The translations under genes and the position numbers were made by a program. Below, piece after piece: positions 51,701-64,000 of a stretch of DNA of 64,000 nucleotides. Numbering within the stretch: the stretch's first letter is position 1; every line of letters begins with the position of its first letter. The notes under the pieces are model-generated. The model did not search any database. It saw only the letters and a program-made list of their open reading frames with translations, and had not been told where the DNA came from. Source of the DNA: Phoronis australis (Eukaryota > Animalia > Phoronida); NCBI GenBank assembly GCA_002633005.1, contig NMRA01000864.1, positions 1 to 64,000 on the forward strand. The letters are read 5' to 3'.

Positions 51701-54700
51701 GCAAACACATCGACGATTTCCACCAATTAAAATTGTCTTACATAAGTTTGAAGTCTCAACCGACTGTATACTTGTACGCTTACGTTTGCAGATGGGAGGA
51801 TTGGACCAGAGACCATTTGCTTGGCACGTCACATTTGGCAAGCCAACTAACTCGAAGTCACCAAAGCAGATGTAAGTAACGGTGTGCCCTGTATGGTACT
51901 TATTCATCAATATCTCTGAGATGAAAGCGTTTTTGACTTCTGGCGGATCGGAACAAGTGGGCTCTGTAAAGAAAATATTTGGGGATAAAGTTTTCGATGA
52001 AATAAGTTTCTCGTAAAGGTGATTTAAACCCAAATACAACAATAACGTCATTTATTTATAAAATGACCTTGCTTCATGTATTAGTTTGGGATGACTGCTA
52101 GGATAGTTTTGAGTCATGTTCACTGGGCGGAATTTGTGTCGAGGGAGCCTTACGCGTTTTATTCTGTTTACAGAGCCGAGCTCGTTGATTTTTTGTGAAG
52201 TCTCGGCACGATCTACCCTTTGCCACAGGGTCTTCAATCCGATTTTGATAGAAAAGTGATCTCGAGCACTAAACAGCAGCTCTTACATGGTCCATAAATC
52301 ATACGTATCTTTCTTAGAACGAAACAAATGGAGACGACTTTGACAACACTAAAGGGTTTAAGTAAGAAGCTTCATTTCCGGATAAAAGCCGCATCAAACT
52401 AAAAATGATGCCATACTCGTGCTTTTGTTCATGACTTTGACGGGGACTTATTTTGTTGGTTACGTGACAGGGTTAGGCTCAGGATATCATATGGCTAACA
52501 CCGGAGGGCAATGAGGTGAACGTTACTTTGCCAACGGTACTGTCTTTGTTGAGTAAAGAATTGGCAGTGACTCTATTTATTTTTTATTTGTTTTCATTGA
52601 AAAAAGAGTTTGGTATTCAGATGTACATGTATTACTAGAGATTGTCACAAGTGATAAGGCAAGTAATTAAACAACTGACAAACACAAATGCACTTTTTAG
52701 GAAGCTTTGTTCAGTTCCTATTTAGATATGCTTCTTGCAACCGACCACTACAACCCTACAGTGTAAGTCCTCCACTGTAACCTGCTGGGAGCGTGTCTCT
52801 GAGTGGAGCAGTTAATGCACTATTGATGTCTAATCGTTTCATCCAAGAGGGCAATGAGAATCGGTAATCAGATCAGTCATTCATGAACGACATTAATTTT
52901 TGTTTACCTGGTTTTTCATTGCACGATCCTGGCCACGTCTCCACATGATCGACAGCTACATCTGCCTTAAAACTTCGTCTCGTGTATTCAAAAGCAAACT
53001 GTAATATAAATAGACGGTAATTACATCATATACCGTGTAGATGGAATGTGTGCAAATACCAAAACAGTGTTCAATGTGAAATTATTCTGCTGAGTTCTAA
53101 AGTACGAAGTATGCTCTTTTGGAACTTGACATCTTTGACTCTGTTTCTGATCAGTGGGATGCAATACATAGTGCTTAGCATAGAAATTGTAAAAATGGCA
53201 TTTTCTTTGTCTTTAACCATTTATGTAAGACATCAACTCTGTTCACTTGAAAGGCATCACTAAAATAGGAAATTCTAGATTTACAGCACTGTGGGTGTAT
53301 CTAAACGTGTAGCGTAAGCATGTATTTCCGAGATCAGTGACGTCACATTCAACGCTTAATTTTGGAGAACAGGGATTTCATTCCGCAAGATTAACGTGTT
53401 ATGTAAAGTTGGTAACAGCGTGTTTCGTGTAGATGTAACCACTCCAAACACGACAAAACACCCCCCACTGCTTTACAAATTAAATGCATGCACATTGCTA
53501 AGTTTCTTAGAAATCAAACATAAGAAGTTAACTTTTACCCAAACAGTAACGCCATCTGTTCGAGGGTCTATCGTTATCTTCTCACACACCCACTGATCAC
53601 CCAAGTTCTGGTTGCTGCTGTAGCGAACGTCTCTTGCACCGTTTGAATAATGCAGGACCACATCGAAGTTGCTCATGGACACAGAACTGCCGTACATATG
53701 GAGACAGAATGATATACAGCGACCATCGGACAACGCTGAAAAACATAGAAACTTTCGGAAAAGTGTTATACGGAACACAGAAGGCGAATGACATAATATA
53801 CTACACTGTATCTTCTAAAACTACCTTTGGTTCTATAGGATGTTCTTGTCGCTTTTACATGTATCTGTTAATGGACTGAGAAGCTGTTACAGACGGGCAA
53901 CATTGTAGTTCGAGAAATTGCACAACACGCTCTAAATGCCATCACGGCTTCAAACTACAAAGGGCTGTAGACAGTAACATGCCCTAAGAACAACGTTGTA
54001 AATTTCGAAGTTGCTTGCTGAGTACAGTTCACTGGCTGTTTTATTATTTATTATTTATTTATTATTATGATATTTAAAATGAGGGTGGTCTCTTCAGTGA
54101 TAGCACTGCTTTCCAAGAGGGCCCTCAACAGGAAAAAGAGTAATAAAGCAACAATGAAATATACGTAAAAAGGTACAATCATGAATTAAAACAGGTTGAG
54201 AATTAAACAATAACTAAATGTGGTGAGGAAATCACGTGCTCCTTTTAAAACACGAGTGGCCTTCACGAATGATGTGCACCTACTTACGGAAGTCACTCGC
54301 TGAAGACAGGATTGCTTTATAGTTGTTTTTCACTGGATACGACGCCTCGCAGTACATGTAATTGGAAGAGCCATCGTAACCGGACGACGGTCCAGTGCCG
54401 AAGGTCGTAGTCTTACCCTGAATACAAAGTAAACTATTTGTGTGGTTCGATAACGAAGCGGATACAGAATTTTAAGATTTAAGGTAGGGCAGGGCAGATT
54501 ATTAGCCAGGATTTTATCTGTCAGTCATTCGCCGCCCCTGACCTGCCAAATTGAATCTGGGAGAACTTCATGCAGGGGGGCAAGGCCCCCTTGGCCGCCC
54601 TCTGAATCCTTCACTGGACATGCAATAAATTCATGTAACTTTGTCATATGAGGAAAAGAATGCCGATGTACATTCTTATTAGACTATCCCAATTTATAAT

Positions 54701-57700
54701 TTTATTTAAATCATGTTTGTTGCCATTCAACCCACATTCTGCTATATATGACGAGACATTTGCTCAAATCAGGAGTGGATGCGCAAATGGACTCACACAA
54801 CTTGGGTTGGAAATAGTGACGTCCTGGTGAAATAACTTCATGTGGGTTATAAACGTTGATAAAGCTAACTTGCATGAAAACTAGTTTTGTGAAATAAGTA
54901 CATGTAGGAAAACAATGCTTGAAAAGTAAATTCAACAGTTGTTTGAAATAAAATGCTGAATACTCCTGGCATACTGAGAAAATACACGGTAGCCTATTTC
55001 ACGTGACAAATGTTCGATTCTTATAAACAACCAGTGAAAATGGCTCGCCTAGGACAGTGATAGGATTGAGGATTTTGTGTTGAAGTGTACTCCTACCAAT
55101 TTACGTGAATTTATGGCATATCGCTATCTAGAATAGTCCCAGGACAACTAAAGCATATGAATAGAACACTATTTCAAAACATTGCTGTTAGCCATCATGA
55201 TATTGAACCGGATTCCACAAAATTTGTTCAACCCTATATGCACGCACTCCCTGGTGTAACGCGTCGCGCCCCTCACATACATAAAAGTCAAAAATGGCGA
55301 CAGTGTTATGTGAGAACTAGTTTATTTTGTTTGATATTTGACATAAAGTTCTCATTTTACCATAGTTTTCAGTTGGCGGTACAAGTTTTACTGGACATAT
55401 AAAAACGTGCTATCAGATACATGTATACAATTATAACTATTAAGATCACACACCGTTGCAAGTTTGAAACTGTGGCAATCCTCGAATACATGTAGCGCGA
55501 ACTGTAGTAATTCTGAAAGACACCTTTAATAGTGTCAAAAACAGCAATTTGAGCTGCACGAGTAAAAGCAGTAATCACTTTAGGATATCAATGGAAATCA
55601 CAAATAAAACAATTATTTACATAATAATTGTCAACCCCTTGTGTCTGTCTCCTCTTGTTTCGTACCGCACGTCACTCAGGAGTCTGTATTTTAAAAATAC
55701 TNCATATGAATAGAACACTATTTCAAAACATTGCTGTTAGCCATCATGATATTGAACCGGATTCCACAAAATTTGTTCGACCCTATATGCACGCACTCCC
55801 TGGTGTAACGCGTCGCGCCCCACACATACATAAAAGTCAAAAATGGCGACAGTGTTATGTGAGAACTAGTTTATTTTGTTTGATATTTGACATAAAGTTC
55901 TCATTTTACCATAGTTTTTAGTTGGCGGTACAAGTTTTACTGGACATATAAAAACGTGCTATCAGATACATGTATACAAGTATAACTATTAAGATCACAC
56001 ACCGTTGCAAGTTTGAAACTGTGGCAATCCTCGAATACATGTAGCGCGAACTGTAGTAATTCTGAAAGACACCTTTAATAGTGTCAAAAACAGCAATTTT
56101 AGCTGCACGAGTAAAAGCAGTTTTCACTTTAGGATATCAATGGCAATCACAAATAAAACAATTATTTACATAATAATTGTCAACCCCTTGTGTCTGTCTC
56201 CTCTTGTTTCGTACCGCACGTCACTCAGGAGTCTGTATGTTAAAAATACTCCCGCCAATATAGCATTATCCATCTACCTCGTTATCCTGTCAGTGTTTGA
56301 AACTCTTGTCCTAACTTTAGTCACTACGGTACAATTATCTTCAGTCTCGTTAATAACGAACGAAAACACTTTCCCTTTCTGTTCCTGCACTCCGCCGGTT
56401 GTCGGACAAATCCTTGCATCCTCTAAGGTTGATTTCCGCAAGCGTCCGTAACGTACACTTGCTACTGCGACAATTTCGGTATCGAACGCGAACACAGAAT
56501 TTTTCAGAACTTGGGTAGGACATTTTGTGCCGCCCCGCAAACAAACTATGGCAACAAACAATGCAATAGTCTCTGCTTCGACGGTATTCAAGAACTTTCG
56601 CTATGGAGATGGTGACAGTCTAATCAGTTGGAAGGCTTGAAATCTTACAGGATTTTACGTTATTCGAAAACTGGTCTTAAATAACACTTTTTTATTTTTA
56701 TTTAAACACCAAGGGGCACCTCCTGTGAATGCGCAAGGAATTTATTGTTTTGATACACAAACGTCATCCCACGTGGAACATTATGTATTTCTCTTGAGCT
56801 AGTTGGCGATTCCAACTTAACGTTGTTTATGCTCTTCACTACTTGAGTGGGCTCACAAAGGTGTACGTGGCAAATTTGTGACCACTTGATGATGCCGTCA
56901 TGAAAAATATGATTTATCTAGAAGTCAGGATTAGTATTAAAGGAATTTTTACTTTCACCTAGCGTTCTTTTAACTCACGAGGATTTCTTAGATTGAACTC
57001 GCAGAGGCTAAAATAAAACCAGAAAATGTTTCATGTCACAGGTGTCGACAACGCTCCACAAAAAAAAACATTGTTCGTTGATTAGTTGTTCCATGACCTC
57101 GTTGTGACCGATATTAAAACATCAGAATTCACGTAACAATTCCTGTTATCCAGAGACATATCCTTATGACAAAGCGCCACTGGCGGCATGACAGGACAAT
57201 AAGTGTACTCACACTACACCAAATAATTGACAGACTAACACCTCAGGTCACTTCACAAAATGGCCGATTATAACAAAAATGTCACGAGGAACAGCTTACG
57301 TGGAATGCGCGAGTGAATGTGCCTGTATTTTTGGGAATGGTGTCGTGCATATCCATAAAAAGATAACCAATTGATAACAGGGATTACTACACTGATGTTT
57401 TGCTTTTTTACGTGTCTGATAAAAACATTTTTTACCGAAATTAAGAAGTGACAGCAGAATATGTTAAGTGCAATTCAAAAATAAAACATCAATCGTTATT
57501 TCAATGAATAACCGGCAGAAAACAGCGAGATTCTGCGATATTCATAAAACAACAATCGCCAAAAATGCCTCATTCGGTCGTACAGCTGATAACTGGCCAG
57601 TTATCTACTCGGCAATTTCAAATTCGCGGAAGAATAACCTTCTGGTCTAAGATTGTTCCTATCAACTGAGTTGTTGCAAATTTCAAACCACATAACATAC

Positions 57701-60700
57701 GTATACTTAGCACGGCATGTATTGTCGTACTCGCCATATATTGTCGCACCGGTCGCGACAATACGTGACGAAAGTAACAAACTATATCAAAAAAGCCTCA
57801 TCATCTCTTGGAAATTAAATACATGTAGAATCTAATTAACTTACTACGTGTCTGGTCCAATCAAAATCATCCTCTCGCAGGTTGACCATCAGGATCACTG
57901 ACGAGTCCTCGAAATCATCCGTAATTACCTTTGAAGGATCTAGATAAAAAACAGAACATATTGAGAAACCAGTACTGTCATGAATACGAAACGTCGTCAT
58001 CGGCAGTTACTCGATAACTAGTTCTACAGAGGCGGAGAAATATCACTAAAATGTGCTGTATTTATCTTCCCTGGAAAACTTTGTTTGAGGAAACACTGCG
58101 ATCATTGACTAGAGGGTAAAATAACTACGGGGACCGGAATTAACAGATAAAGATAAAATGCATGATTTCAATGTAAATTTATTTCACTGCTAAGCAAATT
58201 ACAACTTGGATGTATACATTATATTATTCACGATTCGTTAGGCGTGGGAAAATGTCGTCTTTATCTGGTGATCATACAAATGTTCACGGTCTGGTTGAAT
58301 GGCAGAATGAACAAACACATTCATTTGCGTTTCTCACTTAAGCCGGCAGGGGGAGTAAAGCATGTTAAAAACAACACTTTTTAACAAATATTGAACTAGT
58401 TGCAATTACGACTTTGCAAACACGTTTGGTGCCAACTCATATCTCCTCCCGCGAACCAACTACGCTCAGTTTTGGAGCGCATTGTAGGATTGTAATGTCG
58501 TCAGTTAACGCCTGGTGCAGAACAAGTTTTCACAAGGTAGATCCCAATGCACCTCTTGTACATCTTATTCATGTAGTCGCCATTTTGGTATTCAGCCACA
58601 TTTTAGGTTTAAAATCAATACATTTGAGAAGAAAATATAAAGAGGAACGCAAACAACACGGTTTGCGCTGTTATTAAGCGCAGAACCTGTTCTTTTTAAA
58701 CGGGAAAACAAAGCTCACTATTAAAATGGCGACTCCGTGAATGAGGTGTATATTTTTCGTTAACCCTCGAAACAAACAGAATACAAGTCTTCAATGAAGT
58801 TAAAGCAAAAGTTATGCGAATAGTTTCTATCACGAAACAGCTCTGCATCGATTGACCAGCGAAGACAACATCCAAACTATAAAAGTAATCTCGTGACTAA
58901 GTAATCAATGGCAACCCCGCAGAATTCACGTCATGATGGCACAAAGTGTATTATTAAAAGTTCCTTGCACCTCATACAGAACACCGCCGGGTTTGCAATG
59001 AGAATTGGGTTGTTCAAGCCCCATAAATTTGAATCACGCAATTGCGCACGCGCTGCACATGTCAATTACAAACCGTGGACTCGTGTACAGTATTGAAATA
59101 GTTTGTGGGTACAACGGTTGCACATGCACTGTGGAATTTACGCCATTCACAGTAAAACTGCGCTATTTTGGTTAATACGCAATCAATTCTGACTCCTTAT
59201 AATTTCATAACATGGCAGTCTACTGTGAGAGAAACGCACAACACTGAAAACCGAAATTGTGGGCAAGTTTGACGAGTGGCGTCTGTTAAAAATATTACGA
59301 AAATAGATTAATTCACGCCGTGGAAATGTTTTTTAAATAAATGTCTTTGTACGACCTTAGATGAAGCTTCATATTTTCGGAGGAATCCATTAGCCTCCAG
59401 CGATGCAGTATGAAGTCTTCCCGAAACCATGTTATGAGGATTTTGGAGACCTACATTCTTACTAAATGTCTCAGCCATAACTCTCATAGCTGTAGTCACG
59501 GGACTTGATGTCGGTCTGTAAGCGGGCAGACTGTCGATTGGCAACGCTTCGAAACACATTTATTTTAGCAACATACCTAGTTGTGTGCAGTTTACCCCAA
59601 TAAAGAGCGGGGCACATCGGCACGTGTACGTCAGATTCTCTATATCTGGCACGCAAGTGGAGCCTGGTCCACAAGGGTTGTCCAAGCATGAGTCTATAAC
59701 AAACAGTAAGTCACAATTGAATGTCACTTTGGGTTTACTGTGTGGTTTGATAGAATTACCTCACGCTGTCGTCAAATATTAACCATGAACATTACAATGT
59801 ACAAATATGAAAGTCTTAAACAATTTTAAACCATATTGTGACCAGAGATACACAGTATACTGTACATGCATTCCGTTTATCCCAACAGACGTGGTGACAG
59901 GACTTCCGGTGATACTAATACAATGAATGAACAAGAATGAACGAAGCACGGGACTTTTTTGTTGATATGCTCACCCAGTCTCACCAAATGCAAGACTAAA
60001 GTGCATGGGTCTAGATTGAACAGTACCCGCTAGCTGCAATACAAACGATTTGCACATGAGTTATGTAAATGTTATAGGGAAAGATTTATTGAATTTCTGT
60101 TGACCTGACAATTAACACAAACGGTGGATATCTGGAAATTTTTAATCACTATTTTTGCAAGTTCAGACATTCAACAATGGGCCATCCCTGTGTGACGCGA
60201 TCGGATTTATTTTCCAAATGTCCCGGGCACCTGTACATGTACATATATCTATAAGTTCCACAATGGAGTTATTTTGATCCCGGGCCCGGTTGTATGAAAC
60301 AATCTCGGATAGGGACTCAACAAAGTTCCATAATTATTTTGGGTAAGTTGTGTTCTTTACTCACAGATGTAATATTTACTATATAATTTATCCTCATTAT
60401 GATCCCTTCTATAACTTAATTAAATTTTCTAAGAATATAGCCTAAAACTGAATCCTTAATTCAATCAAACTAATTAGGAACTGACTCTTTAAATTATCGG
60501 TGTGGTATGAATAGTTCCCAACTCAAGAAAAGACAATCAGTGTTTTTATAACTCCACAAATGATCACAGTCTATTTAGGGAACTTAGTTGAGTCTCTACT
60601 AAAGGAATGATTCATGCAACTTGGCACAGGGCTCTACATGTATATGTTATAAGTTCAATGTATTCTTGTAACCGGGAACACGGCTCTTTGAGTTATAGGT

Positions 60701-63259
60701 TATAATGCGTTCCAGGTTCCATGTGCCCCACGGTCTACGTGTCTTGCAAGCTATGTACGCCGGTTTATACAAGATTACTATTTCATTTGCCTGTCTCGGG
60801 CAGGTCTGCTTTTTTCGATACCTCATTCTCATTTATCATTTCGACTCCAACAGCTCAATTTTTTTGCAACGGCGATGAAGTACACGCTTACCTAAACAGA
60901 TAAATATTATCAATAATGAACAACTTCTAATACTAATACGAACTCACTATTCGACACTTTGATTTTGCTCTTTTTCCTTAGCACTCGAATATCCCGAAAT
61001 TGGATGAGGCAGAACTATATGAAAAGTCTATGAATGTACATGTAAATCTATAGAGTCAAGAAGATATAGAACCAGGTTTATACATGTACATGCATAGAGC
61101 CAAGAAGATATAGAACCAGGAACATGTAGAGCCAGGGGCAAAACACGAGACACATATAATCTCGTACGCAAAATATTTACAAAAACATGACATGTAAAAA
61201 CCGGGATACAAAGAACCCAGGGCATGTACATGTACAACACCGGCACATAGTACCGGTATGCCCATTAAAGCCGGCGACAAGTGGAAGCCGTACTAATAGA
61301 ACCTGGTACGTATAAAAAGGGGGCATATAGTGTCCGGGACATATAGAGTCCGGGACATAGAGAATCAGGGACATATGGAGTCCGGGACATAGAGAGTACG
61401 GGAGATATGGAGTCCGGGACATATAGAGTCTGGGACATAGAGAGTCAGGGAGATATCGAGTCCGGGACATTTAGAGTCCGGGACATAGATAGTCCGGGAC
61501 ATATGGAGTCCGGGACATATAGAGTTCGGGACATAGAGAGTCAGGGACATATAGAGTCCGGGACATATAGAGACCGGGACGTATAGACTCCGGGACGTAT
61601 AGGGTCCGGGACGTATAGACTCCGGGACGTAAAGACTCCGGGACATGTAGAGTCCGGGGCATATAGACTTCGGGACATATAGAGTCCTGGATATATAGTG
61701 TCCGGGACATATAGAGTCCGGGGCATATAGAGTTCAGGACGTATAGAACCCAAGACAAAGAACAAAGAAACATAGTACTGGTAAACATATAAAAGCCAGG
61801 ATACATAGAGTCCCATACATATAGAACTAGGGGCATATAGAGTCCGGGACATGTTTGGACTTACATGTGCATTTTGAGCTCGCGACACACATAACCCATG
61901 ACATATACATGTAGAACACTGGACTCATGGTAGAAGTAAACACGTAGAACCCGGAACATGTAGAGCCCAATACACAAACAACTTGGGACATAGAGGACAT
62001 GCAGCATACATGTATATACCCATTGACACTAAGATTAAGGGACACATACATATACAATCTGGAGCCCACCAACTTGGCGCTTTTCAATGTCGCTGGTGCA
62101 TTTCATTTGAATAATGTCTGTCTCTGTAAGTTCAAAAATAATGATCTATCGCTGGTAGAACTATAGCTGCTATCATTTCATCTTTCCGTCTGTTACAATC
62201 AATTCAGTGCACCACTTCTGGAGAACGGCCACGGGACTGTTATTCACAAGCACGACAGTTGAAATTGCAACTTACATGTACATGTATACATATCTAAACA
62301 ATTGTGTTTTACAACGAAGATAGTACAATTCAACCTACAACATAATCCCAGTCTGGCCATAAGTGCTCACGTATTCTGTTCGTGGCCCGTTTTAGATGTT
62401 GAATTGAGCAGGCAGACACTTCAGTGAATATTGACTGATCACACTGACTGTGTAACTCCTGTCTTTCACTGTTTAGGAACAATACGATTTTCTGTTTGAT
62501 CTGTCATAAATTAACTTGACAAATGAAAAATCTAGTACTTTCGCAAGCCTCACACCATGTTTAAATTCATTGAGCAACTAGTTAAAGCTGCAAAAATGCG
62601 AAAACCGATGATACCCTATTCCCAAAAAACTCGGTCAGTAATGCGAGTCACAGCCAATGCGTATCGTGAACCGGTTCCGTATTCGCAAATGTTGGGTTCG
62701 CAAAAATAGCAAAAACTCTTAATCGCTGTTGATTTCGACTTTTTTTCGAAAGCTATGTATTAAGAACGATATATGAAGGTAAGAGGTCATGTTTGTGTTT
62801 TGTATTGTAGACAGCTAAACAAGGCCAAATGCAGCTTCTTTGTTTTCAAATATCTTTCCCGACCTTTCCAGCATCATACTTTGTTACGCACTTAAACTTT
62901 GCTAATGCTATTTCTGCATAACGGCCTACAGTACGTTCTTCATTATAAGGAATAAAATTGAGTTGTTTTTACTAAATCTTCTACATACCGCGCACGTCTG
63001 TTGCCGTGGCTACAAAAACAGCAGAAGAGGGACCGGAAACACTTGTGTCGCCCTCTTTGTACACTAGCATAATAGCGTTCTCTCGAAAGTGTTCTCTAGT
63101 GTTGATATACTCCAGGATGGTCCTTCCTCCGTAGATTGGACCGTCTTGACCCAACATGTTGCTCCTGATCTCGACAGAATTCTCCGATCTAGACCCTCTG
63201 CCTATCAATCCCATGTCAAATGTCGTGCTCTGCAGGTTGATGACACTTCCAGGTGGACC
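42691..63259 (-). CDS. Gene C: secreted multidomain protein CUB-EGF-MAM-Sushi-MAM-EGF-MAM (5' part outside window, possibly astacin/BP10-like)
   Basis: Exons 63259-62989, 59693-59577, 57939-57845, 54417-54288, 53735-53539, 52998-52908, 51963-51784, 51487-51387, 50780-50648 (dup 49355-49223), 50045-49888 (dup 48619-48462), 46598-46511, 45127-45011, 44536-44430, 44056-43927, 43311-43100 and 42777-42691. They chain in phase into 738 codons ending in TAA, with AATAAA on the minus strand near 42600. Confidence 0.85.
43100..43311 (-). CDS. Gene C exon: MAM3 (VDFKYHMFGKNEGKLEIF)
   Basis: F-x-YHMFG-x3-G-x-L motif, phase 1-0. Confidence 0.88.
43927..44056 (-). CDS. Gene C exon: MAM3 (SRHTGPASPAEGNTYLYYDGSWP...ATLET)
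   Basis: TGP...EG-x2-YLY motif, phase 0-1. Confidence 0.88.
44430..44536 (-). CDS. Gene C exon: divergent MAM3 start (SGFELSKKNPLGIFKQLRNDSSDLTFR)
   Basis: Strong splice sites, phase 1-0, positional equivalent of the MAM start exons. Confidence 0.75.
45011..45127 (-). CDS. Gene C exon: EGF domain (DPCDSRPCFH...TCTCVCPTGLKGDTCD)
   Basis: Six Cys, phase 1-1, tttgtag acceptor and gtaagt donor. Confidence 0.88.
45704..45789. repeat. (TC)n / (AT)n microsatellite with an NN join
   Basis: Direct reading. Confidence 0.95.
46511..46598 (-). CDS. Gene C exon: MAM2 end (VSFRATRGSSYRSDIAIDNMRITEGAC)
   Basis: RG...SDIAID...G-x-C motif, phase 0-1. Confidence 0.92.
49888..50045 (-). CDS. Gene C exon: MAM2 (ACLRLSLSMYGNTMGSF...NDW); duplicate at 48462-48619
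   Basis: CL-x5-MYG-x2-MG MAM motif, phase 1-0. Confidence 0.85.
50648..50780 (-). CDS. Gene C exon: MAM2 (DTTPTLNTGP...GYVYFESSRP), GC donor; duplicate at 49223-49355
   Basis: TP...TGP...YVYFESS motif. The only phase-correct donor before the in-frame stop that keeps the SLEAN strand is AG|gctagt. Confidence 0.8.
51387..51487 (-). CDS. Gene C exon: MAM2 start (FACDFESSAHPLCDFLVQSEEDDLDWIH)
   Basis: CDFE...C...DDLDW motif, phase 1-0. Confidence 0.9.
51784..51963 (-). CDS. Gene C exon: Sushi/CCP domain
   Basis: CSDPPEVKNA...GHTVTYICFGDFELVG...TCQANGLWSNPPIC, phase 1-1. Confidence 0.92.
52908..52998 (-). CDS. Gene C exon: MAM1 end (FAFEYTRRSFKADVAVDHVETWPGSC)
   Basis: D-[IV]-A-[IV]-D...G-x-C MAM terminus, phase 0-1. 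Confidence 0.88.
53539..53735 (-). CDS. Gene C exon: MAM1 (CISFCLHMYG...NLGDQW)
   Basis: C-x-x-F-x-x-HMYG and GDQW MAM motifs, phase 1-0. Confidence 0.9.
54288..54417 (-). CDS. Gene C exon: MAM1 (GKTTTFGTGPSSGYDGSSNYMYCEASYP...AILSS)
   Basis: TGP...YMY-x-EAS MAM motif, phase 0-1. Confidence 0.88.
55154..56250. repeat. 548-bp near-identical tandem duplication joined by a single N (55154-55701 / 55703-56250)
   Basis: Both units begin catatgaatagaacac and end taaaaatact. Confidence 0.93.
57845..57939 (-). CDS. Gene C exon: MAM1 start (DPSKVITDDFEDSSVILMVNLREDDFDWTRHV)
   Basis: DFE...DDFDWTR MAM signature, phase 1-0. Confidence 0.85.
59577..59693 (-). CDS. Gene C exon: EGF domain (DSCLDNPCGPGSTCVPDIENLTYTCRCAPLFIGVNCTQL)
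   Basis: Six-Cys EGF spacing in a phase 1-1 exon with canonical splice sites. Not in the ORF track. Confidence 0.9.
60282..60627. mobile_element. Decayed MITE (PIF/Harbinger-like termini)
   Basis: Left GGGCCCGGTTGTATGAA...TAGGGACTCAACAAAGTTCC versus reverse complement of right GTGCCAAGTTGCATGAA...TAGAGACTCAACTAAGTTCC. Confidence 0.5.
61320..61852. repeat. Minisatellite, 16-bp unit ATATAGAGTCCGGGAC (over 25 variant copies, degenerate flanks about 61040-62030)
   Basis: Direct reading. It accounts for the repetitive minus-strand ORFs at 61177-61888. Confidence 0.95.
62989..63259 (-). CDS. Gene C exon: CUB domain C-terminal part
   Basis: GPPGSVINLQSTTFDM...VEIRSNMLGQDGPIYGG...NAIMLVY resembles CUB (APPG-x2-I-x-L-x-F-x2-FD...VEIR...YCG). 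Splice sites gttcag and G|gtatgt. Confidence 0.65.
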
Positions 63260-64000
63260 CTGAACGTAGACGGCAGATAACCACACATGCATGTAGGTAT
63301 CTTAGTTTGCAACTAAATAAAGCCGAACCTAAACGCCTCCTACAAATCCATCAAAATCACAAATCGAAGTCAAAATTGTGCTCTCATTTCTCTAGAGAGC
63401 GCCCATAAGAAAAGTCCCCTATTGACACGTGTTGTTGATTTTCCTCGTCATGGGCAAGTTTCAGTGTGATTGATTTTGTTTCTATACTACCGTTTCACCC
63501 TGCCCTATGCTGGTCACTAAGGTGTGATCGTAACACCGGAAATTTATGAATTTTATGATCACAGTGAGGCAATATTGTCCAACTAGAATGCCATAATATG
63601 TGAAGAGTGACACTTTGTGTTGCCACATTGCTGTGTCACACATTGCAGCATCATAGAACCATCTACTGTTATCCGAATTGCTTGGTTGCGTACTTGTAAG
63701 CCAGCACGATACTGGCTCTCAGCCAAGGTGTAGGTATGGTTGAGTACAAACGTTAAGGAAAAACTGACTCCCGGTAGACAGGGACGCTATTTCAAGGGGT
63801 CTAAATAAGGATCCAGAGTTCAGGTATGGGGACTATCAAAATTTGGAAGAAGTAAAACACGCCTTATTTAGTTTCCCAAATGTTAATGTTCTTAAATCAA
63901 CTCTCAGGTACCAGAGACTGGCCTAAGACGCCGTTATCAATATCACCAACCAGTCAGGAATTCTCCCCTCGCTTGACGTGCCACAACGGCATTTTTACAC

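Noticed and set aside
55154-56250. Tandem duplicated ORFs as duplicated genes
   Set aside because: Intronic, near-identical and joined by a single N. Most likely a contig-overlap artefact.
61028-62087. Several overlapping minus-strand ORFs
   Set aside because: Products of the 16-bp minisatellite inside a gene C intron.

Overview
AT-rich eukaryotic genomic DNA with spliceosomal introns, probably a marine invertebrate. The species cannot be determined from sequence alone. The draft assembly has gaps at 21659-21888 and 40445-40587 and 1-2 N joins at 45729-45730, 49729 and 55702. Most ORF-track entries are noise, so genes were rebuilt by hand from splice sites and exon phases. (1) Plus-strand gene A (at least 4695-14537, 7 phase-compatible exons) encodes an acidic N-terminal segment, a ZU5/UPA-like (FIIND-like) module with a TF|S motif, a linker and a C-terminal death effector domain (DED). 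This is a CARD8/PIDD/UNC5CL-type layout ending in a DED. (2) A broken paralogous region B (about 18.7-33.6 kb) has a duplicated upstream region, three more copies of the linker mini-exon module, one frameshifted ZU5/UPA exon and possibly an older relic exon. It is interrupted by an Academ-like DNA transposon and a TIR element. (3) Minus-strand gene C (63259 down to 42691, 16 visible exons, 5' end outside the window) encodes CUB-EGF-MAM-Sushi-MAM-EGF-MAM, probably the C-terminal part of an astacin/BP10-like secreted protein. The window also has several minisatellites and two N-joined tandem duplications that look like haplotype assembly artefacts. No rRNA, tRNA or CRISPR array was recognised.
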